This document shows positions 28,969 through 38,381 of a DNA stretch of 64,000 nt, piece after piece. How positions within the stretch are numbered: the first letter of the stretch is position 1; every line of letters begins with the position of its first letter. The notes beneath the pieces are model-generated. The model was not told the origin of the DNA. It saw only the letters and a program-made list of their open reading frames with translations, and did not search any database. This DNA is from Candidatus Cloacimonadales bacterium. GTDB taxonomy: Bacteria > Cloacimonadota > Cloacimonadia > Cloacimonadales > JAFGVF01. The DNA lies in the NCBI GenBank assembly GCA_963677495.2, contig CAXXOU010000003.1, forward strand, positions 320,001 through 384,000, given 5' to 3'. The translations under genes were made by a program, and so were the position numbers.

Positions 28969-29035
28969 CACCTATTGAAACCCTATTGAAATGTTGTTAA
29001 TGATTAATAGGTTTGGGACTCGTGTTTAAGTGGTT
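28969..29035. repeat. 11-bp periodic array (CCTATTGAA core), partly mirrored
   Basis: CACCTATTGAA / ACCCTATTGAA / atgttgttaat, then the inverted TTAATAGGT. Confidence 0.5.
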
Positions 29036-29106
29036 GAAGATAGCTGAAAGTTAATAATTGTAACAGAGCAATGACGTTGACTCTATATTGCCTTTACATG
29101 GTTCTA

Positions 29107-30117
29107 TTACTTATAAATCCTTCTCAATATCCTACAAATAGTCAATGTAACCCATAATTGTACTTCATAAGTCTTATCATTTTCTACAAACTTATGGATT
29201 TTCGAGTAGGAGTGTTTCCATAACCCTGAAGATTGCTGGTTATCGATAAACCAGTTAACAGCTTTCTCTGTATGTTGGTCTATTTTAGTAGAAATCATGG
29301 TCACCGAGTCCATTGCTGAAAGAAGGTCAGTCCAGAAGTAGGGAAACTTAAAGTTTACCCAGTTGTCAGCTGCTTTATATGAGTTGTAGTTATCCTTTTT
29401 AAAGAACTGGGACTTTAAGAGCTCTGAAGCAATTTTTGCGTCTTCTGACTTACTGTAGATTGGGTGGATTGCTAAAGCTTTAATAACCATACCGGTTCCA
29501 CTATGTGCAAAAGGTTTGGATCTGTCGAAATCTTTCTTCGTTTCTACGTCGTGGGTAGTAAGAATCTGTTGTTCCTCTTTTGAGTATGTCCCAAAGCACC
29601 CCGGAGAACCGATTACCCAACCTCCATCGTCTTGTCTCATTGTTAGCAACCATTCAATAGCTTTAGTAATTCGAGGGTCATCAACATATCCTGCTTTAAT
29701 GAGTAGATATACAATCATCCCGGTATAATATGGAGCGTATTGGTTACTGATAATTCCTCTTATATCTCCTTCATCGGTTTGGCATGAGAATAGATATTCA
29801 GCTATATTGTCTACTTGTGGATGCTCTCTATTAAACTCATACATATCCACAAGTTTAGAGAAGTTTTTAAATGTCTCGAACAGATTGTAATTCATAGCCG
29901 GTGCTTTAGGATTGTTTTGTGATTTTGACTTCCAGTAGCCATCCTCATGCAGCTTTTTTGTGAGTAATTGAGGTTCTTTTAAATTCCAAACACTTTCTAA
30001 TGGTGGTACTTCCAAATCTAGCAGATCTCTCTTAGTATAGTAATTGGTTGCATAGTTATCAGATTCCAGCAACGTCTCAATTGGGTCATATTTGAGTTTA
30101 CTCAACCATTCTTGCAT
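29107..30117 (-). CDS. Prenyltransferase/squalene-oxidase-repeat (alpha/alpha toroid) protein
   Basis: QW-type repeats: CQTDEGD, WLLTMRQDDGGW, WFIDNQQSSGLW. Confidence 0.75.
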   Translation of the reverse strand: MQEWLSKLKYDPIETLLESDNYATNYYTKRDLLDLEVPPLESVWNLKEPQLLTKKLHEDGYWKSKSQNNPKAPAMNYNLFETFKNFSKLVDMYEFNREHPQVDNIAEYLFSCQTDEGDIRGIISNQYAPYYTGMIVYLLIKAGYVDDPRITKAIEWLLTMRQDDGGWVIGSPGCFGTYSKEEQQILTTHDVETKKDFDRSKPFAHSGTGMVIKALAIHPIYSKSEDAKIASELLKSQFFKKDNYNSYKAADNWVNFKFPYFWTDLLSAMDSVTMISTKIDQHTEKAVNWFIDNQQSSGLWKHSYSKIHKFVENDKTYEVQLWVTLTICRILRRIYK

Positions 30118-30332
30118 AAATCTATCCTTTATATGTGTTATTCAATTAAATTATCTGTTTCGAAGACTCCATAAGTCTGTAATTGTCTTTTTCAATGGTC
30201 AACAATAATTTACGGATAAGTATCCCAAAAAGCCAAATCATTAGTTGTAACTATTGCTTATCAGACTATTATATCATTGACAGTTTTGCTGTTGGAGAGG
30301 AAATTGTCCTTAGATCTTTAAAAGATACATAT

Positions 30333-30685
30333 GGGGGTGTACAGGTTTCGACAGGGAATCTGGAGGATTAGTGATGCATGTCGAGGAGTTTACCTACTCG
30401 TTAATCATGGTGGAACCTAAACTTAAACGCAAACGATAATTTTGCACTTGCTGCTTAATTAGTAGCACGGACCGCTCAACCTCGCCGAATGGTTGGACCG
30501 GTTTTTCAAATAGCTCGGATAAGTACTCAGCAAGTCTGTAGTGAGTAACGAAAACCTAACAGGCTGGTTCTCGAAGAGTTCTGATTATCTTTCTTGAGAG
30601 AACGAGAAATAAAAGATAACTAAGCATGTAGATTCGCTTTTTGGCCGTTCTTTGGACGCGGGTTCGATTCCCGCCACCTCCACCA
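30333..30685 (+). ncRNA. ssrA: tmRNA, tag peptide (A)NDNFALAA*
   Basis: 5' GGGGGTGTACAGGTTTCGAC and 3' GACGCGGGTTCGATTCCCGCCACCTCCACCA. Tag ORF GCA AAC GAT AAT TTT GCA CTT GCT GCT TAA at 30429-30458. Confidence 0.97.
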
Positions 30686-30836
30686 GGCTTCATTTCGAGC
30701 GAAGTGAGAAATGAAGGCTGACACGGCGTAGCTTTTGCGAAGCCGGTCTAAAACAGTTTACTTTCCAACATTCGAAATTACGCCCTGGCAGGCCAATCTT
30801 GCCTTTTAACCTTTCATTTAAACTTGTGAGATTTCA

Positions 30837-31076
30837 ATGTATTATGTCTATATCCTACAAAGTCAGAAATATCCTTCCAAACATTATACTGGTTACACGA
30901 AAGACTTAACAAGTAGACTACAAAAACACAATAATGGGGAAGTTCCTCATACTTCCAAATACAAACCATGGAATCTTATCTCGTATATAGCCTTTCATGA
31001 TAAAACTAAAGCTCTTGCATTCGAAGATTATCTTAAATCTCATTCAGGTAGAGCATTCACAAATAAGCACTTCTAG
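30837..31076 (+). CDS. Stand-alone GIY-YIG nuclease family protein
   Basis: YYVYIL...HYTGYT.DL..RL.KHN.G...HTSKYKPW...AFEDYLKSHSGRAF. Confidence 0.92.
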   Translation: MYYVYILQSQKYPSKHYTGYTKDLTSRLQKHNNGEVPHTSKYKPWNLISYIAFHDKTKALAFEDYLKSHSGRAFTNKHF

Positions 31077-31195
31077 CGGAGCATATAAATGAAATTTATC
31101 GAGCCAAAATAAGATAATAGCTGTCTTGGAAGATAGGCAATAAAAAAACTAATTCGAAATATTGACATAATATTGAGTTGTGAAAAGTTAAGAGA

Positions 31196-31227
31196 ATAAA
31201 AACTAGCCCCTTCGATTGAAGAGGCTA
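31196..31227 (-). terminator. Rho-independent terminator of the small SMP-like gene
   Basis: Minus strand TAGCCTCTTCAATCGAAGGGGCTA followed by GTTTTTA. Confidence 0.65.
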
Positions 31228-31235
31228 TTGAAGAA

Positions 31236-31379
31236 TTAATTCTTCGATCTTGAATCAGCTTTGCTTTGAGCTCTGGAAGCGAAACTTCCTTTAGGAGTTT
31301 TCCCTCCGTTTGCCTTAGATGTCGCACTTTGAATACGACTTGCAGCTGATTTAGTCATTGGATTTGTTTTTTTGGACAT
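31236..31379 (-). CDS. 47-aa basic hydrophilic peptide, SMP/LEA-like (not in ORF track)
   Basis: AAGGAGG RBS; translation MSKKTNPMTKSAASRIQSATSKANGGKTPKGSFASRAQSKADSRSKN; followed by a terminator. Confidence 0.85.
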   Translation of the reverse strand: MSKKTNPMTKSAASRIQSATSKANGGKTPKGSFASRAQSKADSRSKN

Positions 31380-31566
31380 TTTGTCCTCCTTAAATTTTCT
31401 TCTCAGTGAATACTGAGAGTTCTTTGAAAATTCAAGAATAAATCTTATGACGGAAAATTTTATATAGAATGGAGGAATATCGTCAATTTTAAATTTTTTT
31501 AGTAAAAATAAATCTATTGAAAACCAGTTTAAGTTATCTGAAAAAGAAAAAGAGTTTCTCTCTACA

Positions 31567-32076
31567 TTGGGATTAATTGCAAGTACTGGATATATTTCAC
31601 TTTTTTTATATTCAAAATTTAATCAGAATAAAAAATATTCTACAGAAGAGATTAAGGAACTAAAGCAATTAACTCACAGTCTAAACAACACGATTATCGT
31701 TTTTGATCGAATAGATAGTTATAAGAATAGAATTGAATATATCTTGCACCTTTTAAAGAGTGATAATGCATACGCTTATGAGCAATCTGGTTTTTTAATA
31801 TTTGCTACACTAGAGTTATTTCTAAGGGAGCTAGCTAATCTATGCAAGTTAAAATTACCAAAGAATCCCACTATTATTGATTTAATTAAACGTTTACGAT
31901 CAGTTCAAGGAATTACTAAAGAAGAGCAAAAAAGATTAAAGCTTTATACTCTTAATTTTCGGAATCGCATAATGCATAGCAAAAAGTTTAATCATAACGA
32001 GCTACCTGATGTTATTGATTATATTTCAAATTTCATATATCATTATTCAACCTATGCTAGCATAAAGTACGATTAG
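31567..32076 (+). CDS. Putative HEPN-like (RxxxxH) protein with N-terminal hydrophobic segment
   Basis: FATLELFLREL helix and RNRIMH near the C-terminus. The frame is open further upstream to about 31468, so the start is uncertain. Confidence 0.6.
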   Translation: MGLIASTGYISLFLYSKFNQNKKYSTEEIKELKQLTHSLNNTIIVFDRIDSYKNRIEYILHLLKSDNAYAYEQSGFLIFATLELFLRELANLCKLKLPKNPTIIDLIKRLRSVQGITKEEQKRLKLYTLNFRNRIMHSKKFNHNELPDVIDYISNFIYHYSTYASIKYD

Positions 32077-32308
32077 AGCTTTTTTACTCAAAACCATCGA
32101 GACCGTGTTAAATATAAGTAAAAATTTAGTTTATGTGTAAGATTTGCAAAACTAAAACTTGTACGTGAAGATTGTAAATATTATTCAAACTATCCAATAC
32201 ACAACCCAATATTATTCAGGCATCACAGACGATGTAGAAAGAAGATTATCAGATCATAACTCTAGAAAATCATACTATTCTTTGATAGAATTGCTTTAGA
32301 TTATCCCC

Positions 32309-32671
32309 CTATCTCAACCACTCCATAGCCTTATCATAATCAGAAGTTATCATAAAGAATAAACCTCGATTGTTTGTGACAGTTTCATAAAAGTTACCGG
32401 CTTCGAGCTCATTTTTATCATATAATACTGCAACCCGAACAACTCTTGGTGCAGCTGCTTTAATCTGCTTTGCTAATCTGACTGTATCAAAAGTATCAAG
32501 CTTATGCTTTAAATGCTTTTCATTGCAAAATATTTTTTTACTCTCATGCTTTGCAGCCATTTCGATAACTGCTTCTACATATTGAAGAGTATCCTCGAGT
32601 TTATCTGCAACACCTGTTGCATTAACCTTTAAGAAATCACCTGCTATCTCTATTTGATAATCGATTTTCAT
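32309..32671 (-). CDS. SpoIIAA/STAS-SEC14-like hypothetical protein
   Basis: RVAVLY...FYETVTNNRG...YDKAMEWL pattern; AAGGAG RBS. Confidence 0.7.
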   Translation of the reverse strand: MKIDYQIEIAGDFLKVNATGVADKLEDTLQYVEAVIEMAAKHESKKIFCNEKHLKHKLDTFDTVRLAKQIKAAAPRVVRVAVLYDKNELEAGNFYETVTNNRGLFFMITSDYDKAMEWLR

Positions 32672-32813
32672 AGATTAATGTCTCCTTAGAATTATTAGAC
32701 TATAGCGATTTACATAGAATCGTCTACAAGACCCTTTTATAAAAGTATACACCAAACTATGATAAAGCATAATTATTTATAGATTGCTTTTTTTCTTATA
32801 GTTAGCTTATGGG

Positions 32814-33248
32814 CTAAGATTCATACTTCTCATAATAATCTAAGTCTTTTAAAACCTTATTTCTGGCAAATGGATAGATGATAATTAAAGAAACTAACTG
32901 CGTTAAGAAAGCCCATCCAATTGCATTACTATTAAGATCTATTACATTACTTACTGAAAACATAATCAACCACAATGTCATGCAGGGATATATGAAATAA
33001 AAAGATACTTTATGGGCTATCTGCGTTCGTATTTCCTGCTTTAACTGTTTTCTCTTTCTTAAAATTAGCAAAACAACAACAGCAACTACCCAACCTGCAA
33101 TAAAAAGTGGCAATACAAATGAATCAGGAATCATAGATTTATCAAAGATCTCCGGATGCTTTGTTACAATTATTTTAGCTATTTGTGCCAGTAAAACACT
33201 AACAAAAATTTCTATTGATAGAATAACATATAACTTTCGTTTATTCAT
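32814..33248 (-). CDS. Hypothetical 4-TM membrane protein
   Basis: Four hydrophobic segments; AAGGAG RBS. Confidence 0.7.
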   Translation of the reverse strand: MNKRKLYVILSIEIFVSVLLAQIAKIIVTKHPEIFDKSMIPDSFVLPLFIAGWVVAVVVLLILRKRKQLKQEIRTQIAHKVSFYFIYPCMTLWLIMFSVSNVIDLNSNAIGWAFLTQLVSLIIIYPFARNKVLKDLDYYEKYES

Positions 33249-33295
33249 GGACTTCTCCTTGCAATTTGTAGGTAACCTCTTTAGCTATTTTCACA

Positions 33296-36200
33296 CTACT
33301 TCATCAGAAGCATTTTTCTGGTTTTGTGATAATTATCAGTAGTCATTCGATAGAAGTATACACCACTTGAGCAGTTTCTTCCATTATTATCTTTCCCCTT
33401 CCAGACAATCTCATGATCTCCGGTAGGTTGATACTTATCAGTAATTGTTTTTACTAACTGCCCTCTTATGTTGTAAATTGATATGTTCACATGTTGCGGA
33501 CTCTTTAGATTGTATCGAATTGTCGTTTCAGGATTAAAAGGATTAGGGTAATTGTTACCTAAAAGCGTAACAAACGGCTGTTGTAAATCATCTTCAATAT
33601 CTACAAGTTCGTTGTTTGAGATCCTAATGTTATCAATCATAAGTACACCTGAGTTGTCAGAAATATTCTGAATTACGATTTGAATAGAATCAGCATTTGT
33701 TTCTGATAAATCATATTCATATAGAGTCCAACAATCAGGTGGTTCGATAGGAGTATCACCATTAAGGCATATATAATCCTCATCATCACAAATGTTATCA
33801 ACCAATACATTGAATTTACATGGGTTGCCATCATAAGAATATGATTTAGTAACAAAGTTCAATATCTCTGTACTATTCTCTATTTCGAATGGAGTTGATA
33901 ACAGCCAGTCATTTGCAACTCCTGAAGTTGGAGTGAATGCAGCAGCATAACGATCTCCGTTAAAGGCAGGAGCTGATGTAAATGGAGGAGTTGTTTGGCT
34001 AGGATTAAAGGTAATGAATCCCATAGTATTCTCTTCGACGGAGAAGTCGCACTCCGGTAACGCAATTGTTGGCAGAGAATCTAGATCTATTGTAGACCAG
34101 CTACCTTGAATAGCATAGAAGTTTTGGAGACTATCAAAGTCTTCAGAGTAGTAAGAATCAGTCTCATTAGAGATGTAAAAACTCACACTATTAGATACTA
34201 CTGATTGTCTATATGGGTTTTGGTAAACAGCACTCACAGTAAACTCATAATCATGTACTATTACAAGCGCGTCTTTAGGTACAAAGAAGGAAGAAGATAC
34301 TATTGGGCTTTCATTAAAGAGAATACCATTAGCAAATACATTGTATCCAACAAAATCTTCCTCTGATGGCATAGCTTCATTCCAGTTTAAGCAGACACCT
34401 GAACTACATAAGTAGCCTGTTAAGTCTTCCGGTGCATTCAGCGTACTCTCACCTGGTGGGGCGTCGAAAACTTTCACATCATCAAGACAGATATCACCCA
34501 GTTGATTTGAACCTAAAGCTTCATGCCCAATGAATGTAACGGTTATTGTATTAGCAGATAGTTCAGGAATAGGAATGACTTGTTCCTTCCAGAAATTGGT
34601 ACCGTTAGGACAAACTGCATTAGCAACGATTACAGAATCGCTGTCTGTCCTAATAAGTACATCCATAGATGATTCATTGGAGCTACTACCAATCCAATAC
34701 TTAAAACTAACATGTGGATTTGATAATCTAGATATATCAATAGGGACGCTATTCAGATATACCGGTGATATATTAGGCCACATAGTGTCTTGCATCATAT
34801 AATATCCACCATTACCGGTAGCCTCTTCTGATGCTCCAAATCTAGCGTCCTGATCTGTTACAAACCAGCTATCTTCTCCTAGCTGAGGTTCAATTACCCA
34901 ACCATCAGGGGATAAATCTGTGTCAAATGATTCAAAGTAGGGAGGTGAAAGCACAAAGTGATCAGTTCCTACAGCATTTACAGGAATAGTAGTCGTTCCC
35001 ATGCCTGATAATATTGTAATGTAATTACCTAATGCACCACACTCTCTACGTTTTAAGTTAACTGTTACTAATTCAGTTCCTCCAGCCATCAGGGTGAACG
35101 GACATTGAGTGTGAAGTAGTGAGTAGTTAATAGTATCATCAGTTAGGATTGATTGAATATTCAAAGGAGTTTGACCTAGATTTTGAATCTCAATGATTTT
35201 AGATTCTTGTAAAGAGCCAACGGAGTTGGTACCAAAGTCCAACTCCACAGGAGAAACTCTTACTTCTGATTCGGTCTCTAAAGGAGTGCAATGGAATCTA
35301 GTATCAACTACATATTCTTCCAACCTAAATCCATAGAAAGGACTATCTATATTAATTGGAGTATCACTATCAGATGAGCCACAACTTAGAGTTTTTGTGC
35401 CAATAACTTGAGTTGAGATATATCTGTATGGCATAGATTCATCTGTAAGAATCTCTTCGAAAAGAGCAATAACAATATTATCTGAGCCATTAAAAATAAA
35501 AGCAGTATCAAGTTCAACCTCAACCCATTGGTCAATAGTTTCTATGGGCATTGGCCCATTATATACTTCTAGCATTCTCTCTGTTGAAATCCAATCACTA
35601 TTTGAATCAAAAACAGATTTAGATGTATGTCCCACAAGAATCTTCCAATTAGCTATATCTTCCTCAAAATATTGATATTTACGTTTGAATGCAATATGCT
35701 CAATCTTAGAAGGTATTGAATTCAATGTTGAATGAGTGTAAAGAGATTGAGAATATGATTGAAATCGATTGTTATATACCGGAACCCCATAATGTTCACT
35801 ATCTCCACTGCCGAAGAATATATTCTCACCTGTTCTTGTTGTGAAGCTTCGAATTTGAGAGTTTGTAGCATCTCCTATATCGTTATATGGAATTACTTGC
35901 CAATAGTATTGGGTGTTTTCTTGTAAATCACTATAGTTATAGTTTGTAGTTAAACCTATATCTAGGTTATTTATGAGGTTAGTAGGCGGATTGTCTGTAC
36001 CCAATGATAATCTATATCCTTGCGTGTTCAGAGAGTGCTCCCACATTAGAGAGCCATATGAAAAGACATCATTTGCCTGGTCAAATGGTTTAGTTACTAA
36101 AGTAGGTTCTGGAATATCCTGATAACATCCACAACCAAGACGCAGATTTGGAAGTAGGGGTTGAAGGAATTGAGCATTACCGTACTCAGTCATATAGTCC

Positions 36201-37699
36201 TTAAATTTGTAGTCATGACTTATTCTAGTCAATGTTCTTATCGAGTTGTCAGAAGTGCAATCCCCATAAAAGCTAATACCTTCTCCATATGAATATGAAT
36301 TATCATTAATATCATTTACAGCAATCACAAGGTTTAACAAGGGGTTAAAAACTAATGGACTGCTAAGTGGTATCTCAATCCAACCATCTACTCCAATGGG
36401 AGGGATTATTCCTTCATATACAAGATTTAATGATGGATATGGAATCCAATCTTCTCTGTCAGAAAAGTGGTCTTTAGACGTTTGTCCGATGAAAACCTTC
36501 CAATCATTGCACTGGTCCAGATTGTCTCCTTGGAGTTGGAATGAGATTCTTTCAATAGGAGTATCAATATAACTGATTTCTGAGTTTAGGACAATAAACT
36601 GAGCTGTTGAGTATTTAAAACCTGTTGATAGTGGTGCATTATCCGCAGTCTCAACACCATTTATAACATTGAAAAAGTCACCTGTAGTGAAGGAGTAATT
36701 ATCTTCTATTTCTTCTCTGGTAGCGGAGTTACGAGAGATAACTTTCCAGTAATAAGTTGTCATAGGGGCTAGATTAACATCTATACACTCAGATGCTTCA
36801 GCAACTCCATTTGACACTATCATTTCCTGCGGGGGGTAGGTTGTATCAAGATAAAGATCGTATTGATCAACATCTCCATTAAAATTCCATGATAGCTGAG
36901 TATTTATTGGTTCAGAGACCTGCCCATCAAGGGGTTCATATTCACTAATATGCCCCATTGTACCATCCCCGGTAGTAAACTCAAATACATGTTCGAAATT
37001 GAAAGTACCTGACTGAAATATAACTACCCAGAGGTATTGAGTATTTGGCATAAGTGCTTCAGTAACCTGATAGCTTTCAAACTCAGATGCCTGGTCGGGT
37101 TCATCCACAACAAGGATTGGAAACCCTGTTCCTAAACAGAGGATATACCCACTATTTATTAAATCTGTGTCTATACTATATTCCCACTGAAGATTTGGTA
37201 AAAGTCCGACATTAGTTGCCCCCATTGCCGGTGAGACATTGATAGGCTCAGCTCCGTTTAAATAACCTACATCTGTATATTCGAGAGTTATTGCAATCGG
37301 ATAATAACCTGAATGAGGTAAATTAATAACATTCCCCCCTTCGATACAAATGTAATAATCGTGCCCACCCTCAAGGCTTAAGTCTTCAATTTTCCCCCAA
37401 GAGCATCCCTCATGGTTCATGTCGGGAATTTCAACTTGGTTTTCATCGAATAATCTCAGCCTACTATTGAAATCACTACCATACAGTGAGATCTCAATGT
37501 TGTGCAGATCTTGAGGAAAGTTAATAAGATAGAAGCAATCCTGAGAGTCGTTCCCGATAGTGTCAGTGAATGGGGTTGTGTTACCTGAGTCATTGAATGG
37601 TAATGTTGATATTGGTGTTGCTGTAGCAAAAGTATCTCCCCCTACTGCATAGAGAGCTGTTGATACGATGATAAGAATTAAAGTCAGAACCTTCATCAT
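33296..37699 (-). CDS. Large secreted multidomain surface protein (FN3/Ig-like repeats, MAM-like and cleaved-adhesin-like domains, C-terminal FlgD-Ig/Por-type sorting domain)
   Basis: Signal peptide; repeated YxLxLxT..PP...YYWxV modules; WSTIDLD...ANDWLLS...LMIDNI; NYPNPFNPETTI...SSGVYFYRM...RKMLLMK. Confidence 0.85.
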   Translation of the reverse strand: MMKVLTLILIIVSTALYAVGGDTFATATPISTLPFNDSGNTTPFTDTIGNDSQDCFYLINFPQDLHNIEISLYGSDFNSRLRLFDENQVEIPDMNHEGCSWGKIEDLSLEGGHDYYICIEGGNVINLPHSGYYPIAITLEYTDVGYLNGAEPINVSPAMGATNVGLLPNLQWEYSIDTDLINSGYILCLGTGFPILVVDEPDQASEFESYQVTEALMPNTQYLWVVIFQSGTFNFEHVFEFTTGDGTMGHISEYEPLDGQVSEPINTQLSWNFNGDVDQYDLYLDTTYPPQEMIVSNGVAEASECIDVNLAPMTTYYWKVISRNSATREEIEDNYSFTTGDFFNVINGVETADNAPLSTGFKYSTAQFIVLNSEISYIDTPIERISFQLQGDNLDQCNDWKVFIGQTSKDHFSDREDWIPYPSLNLVYEGIIPPIGVDGWIEIPLSSPLVFNPLLNLVIAVNDINDNSYSYGEGISFYGDCTSDNSIRTLTRISHDYKFKDYMTEYGNAQFLQPLLPNLRLGCGCYQDIPEPTLVTKPFDQANDVFSYGSLMWEHSLNTQGYRLSLGTDNPPTNLINNLDIGLTTNYNYSDLQENTQYYWQVIPYNDIGDATNSQIRSFTTRTGENIFFGSGDSEHYGVPVYNNRFQSYSQSLYTHSTLNSIPSKIEHIAFKRKYQYFEEDIANWKILVGHTSKSVFDSNSDWISTERMLEVYNGPMPIETIDQWVEVELDTAFIFNGSDNIVIALFEEILTDESMPYRYISTQVIGTKTLSCGSSDSDTPINIDSPFYGFRLEEYVVDTRFHCTPLETESEVRVSPVELDFGTNSVGSLQESKIIEIQNLGQTPLNIQSILTDDTINYSLLHTQCPFTLMAGGTELVTVNLKRRECGALGNYITILSGMGTTTIPVNAVGTDHFVLSPPYFESFDTDLSPDGWVIEPQLGEDSWFVTDQDARFGASEEATGNGGYYMMQDTMWPNISPVYLNSVPIDISRLSNPHVSFKYWIGSSSNESSMDVLIRTDSDSVIVANAVCPNGTNFWKEQVIPIPELSANTITVTFIGHEALGSNQLGDICLDDVKVFDAPPGESTLNAPEDLTGYLCSSGVCLNWNEAMPSEEDFVGYNVFANGILFNESPIVSSSFFVPKDALVIVHDYEFTVSAVYQNPYRQSVVSNSVSFYISNETDSYYSEDFDSLQNFYAIQGSWSTIDLDSLPTIALPECDFSVEENTMGFITFNPSQTTPPFTSAPAFNGDRYAAAFTPTSGVANDWLLSTPFEIENSTEILNFVTKSYSYDGNPCKFNVLVDNICDDEDYICLNGDTPIEPPDCWTLYEYDLSETNADSIQIVIQNISDNSGVLMIDNIRISNNELVDIEDDLQQPFVTLLGNNYPNPFNPETTIRYNLKSPQHVNISIYNIRGQLVKTITDKYQPTGDHEIVWKGKDNNGRNCSSGVYFYRMTTDNYHKTRKMLLMK

Positions 37700-37942
37700 A
37701 ATCTCCTCCGAAGATCAAGAAGCAGCTTGCCTGCCCAGATAATTAATGAACATTATTCAATTATTGCTGTTATCAATTGAATAATGGGTCAAACATTTGT
37801 ATTGTCAATACTTTTTTTTAATAGGTGATAAAATAGTATATTTCCATTACAGACATAATGTGCATTTATAATTACTTTGAATAGTGTTCAATAAAAGTAT
37901 TGACAAATCTTTGCAATGCGTATATTTATAGTTCTAGAGGAA

Positions 37943-38269
37943 ACTATGAAGGTACATAAGACAACAACACTTGGAGTGTTTTTTAGCGTGATTTCTTTTG
38001 TTTTCATCGTGAGTGAAGAATATGGCGAGAATACATTAGTAATATATCATTACCTACAATACTTAATTGCAGGGGGAATTATCACTGCATCTGTCCTTTC
38101 TATAAAGCAACCAAGATTTTCCAGTGTTATTACAGGAACTATTTTCATTTTGCATTTTATGCTTATACTACAATATCTATCTGTACTGAGCTTTGTTTTA
38201 ACTACTTTCTGTATTCTATTAGCTTCGGTTTTCTACTTTATTACTCCCAAAAACACATACCAGTATTAG
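37943..38269 (+). CDS. Small hydrophobic membrane protein
   Basis: About four TM segments. GAGG precedes ATG ~37947 (MKVHK), so the start is approximate. Confidence 0.55.
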   Translation, partial: TMKVHKTTTLGVFFSVISFVFIVSEEYGENTLVIYHYLQYLIAGGIITASVLSIKQPRFSSVITGTIFILHFMLILQYLSVLSFVLTTFCILLASVFYFITPKNTYQY

Positions 38270-38381
38270 TAAGAATCACTCAACAGGCTGAAATGTGATA
38301 AGTATGAAAATTCATATTTAGCTTGACTTGTATGCAGCGAAAACTTCTTTGGCTCCAGAAATAATATTTTAGGAGACAGGA

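Noticed and set aside
28091..29100. IS605-type element with TnpB/omega RNA
   Set aside because: No RuvC-containing ORF near tnpA; the downstream sequence is explained by REP repeats.
30183..30371. ORF-track 62-aa ORF
   Set aside because: Runs through the ssrA promoter and the tmRNA 5' end.
31073..31327. ORF-track 84-aa minus-strand ORF
   Set aside because: No RBS; it overlaps in another frame the 47-aa gene that has an RBS and terminator.
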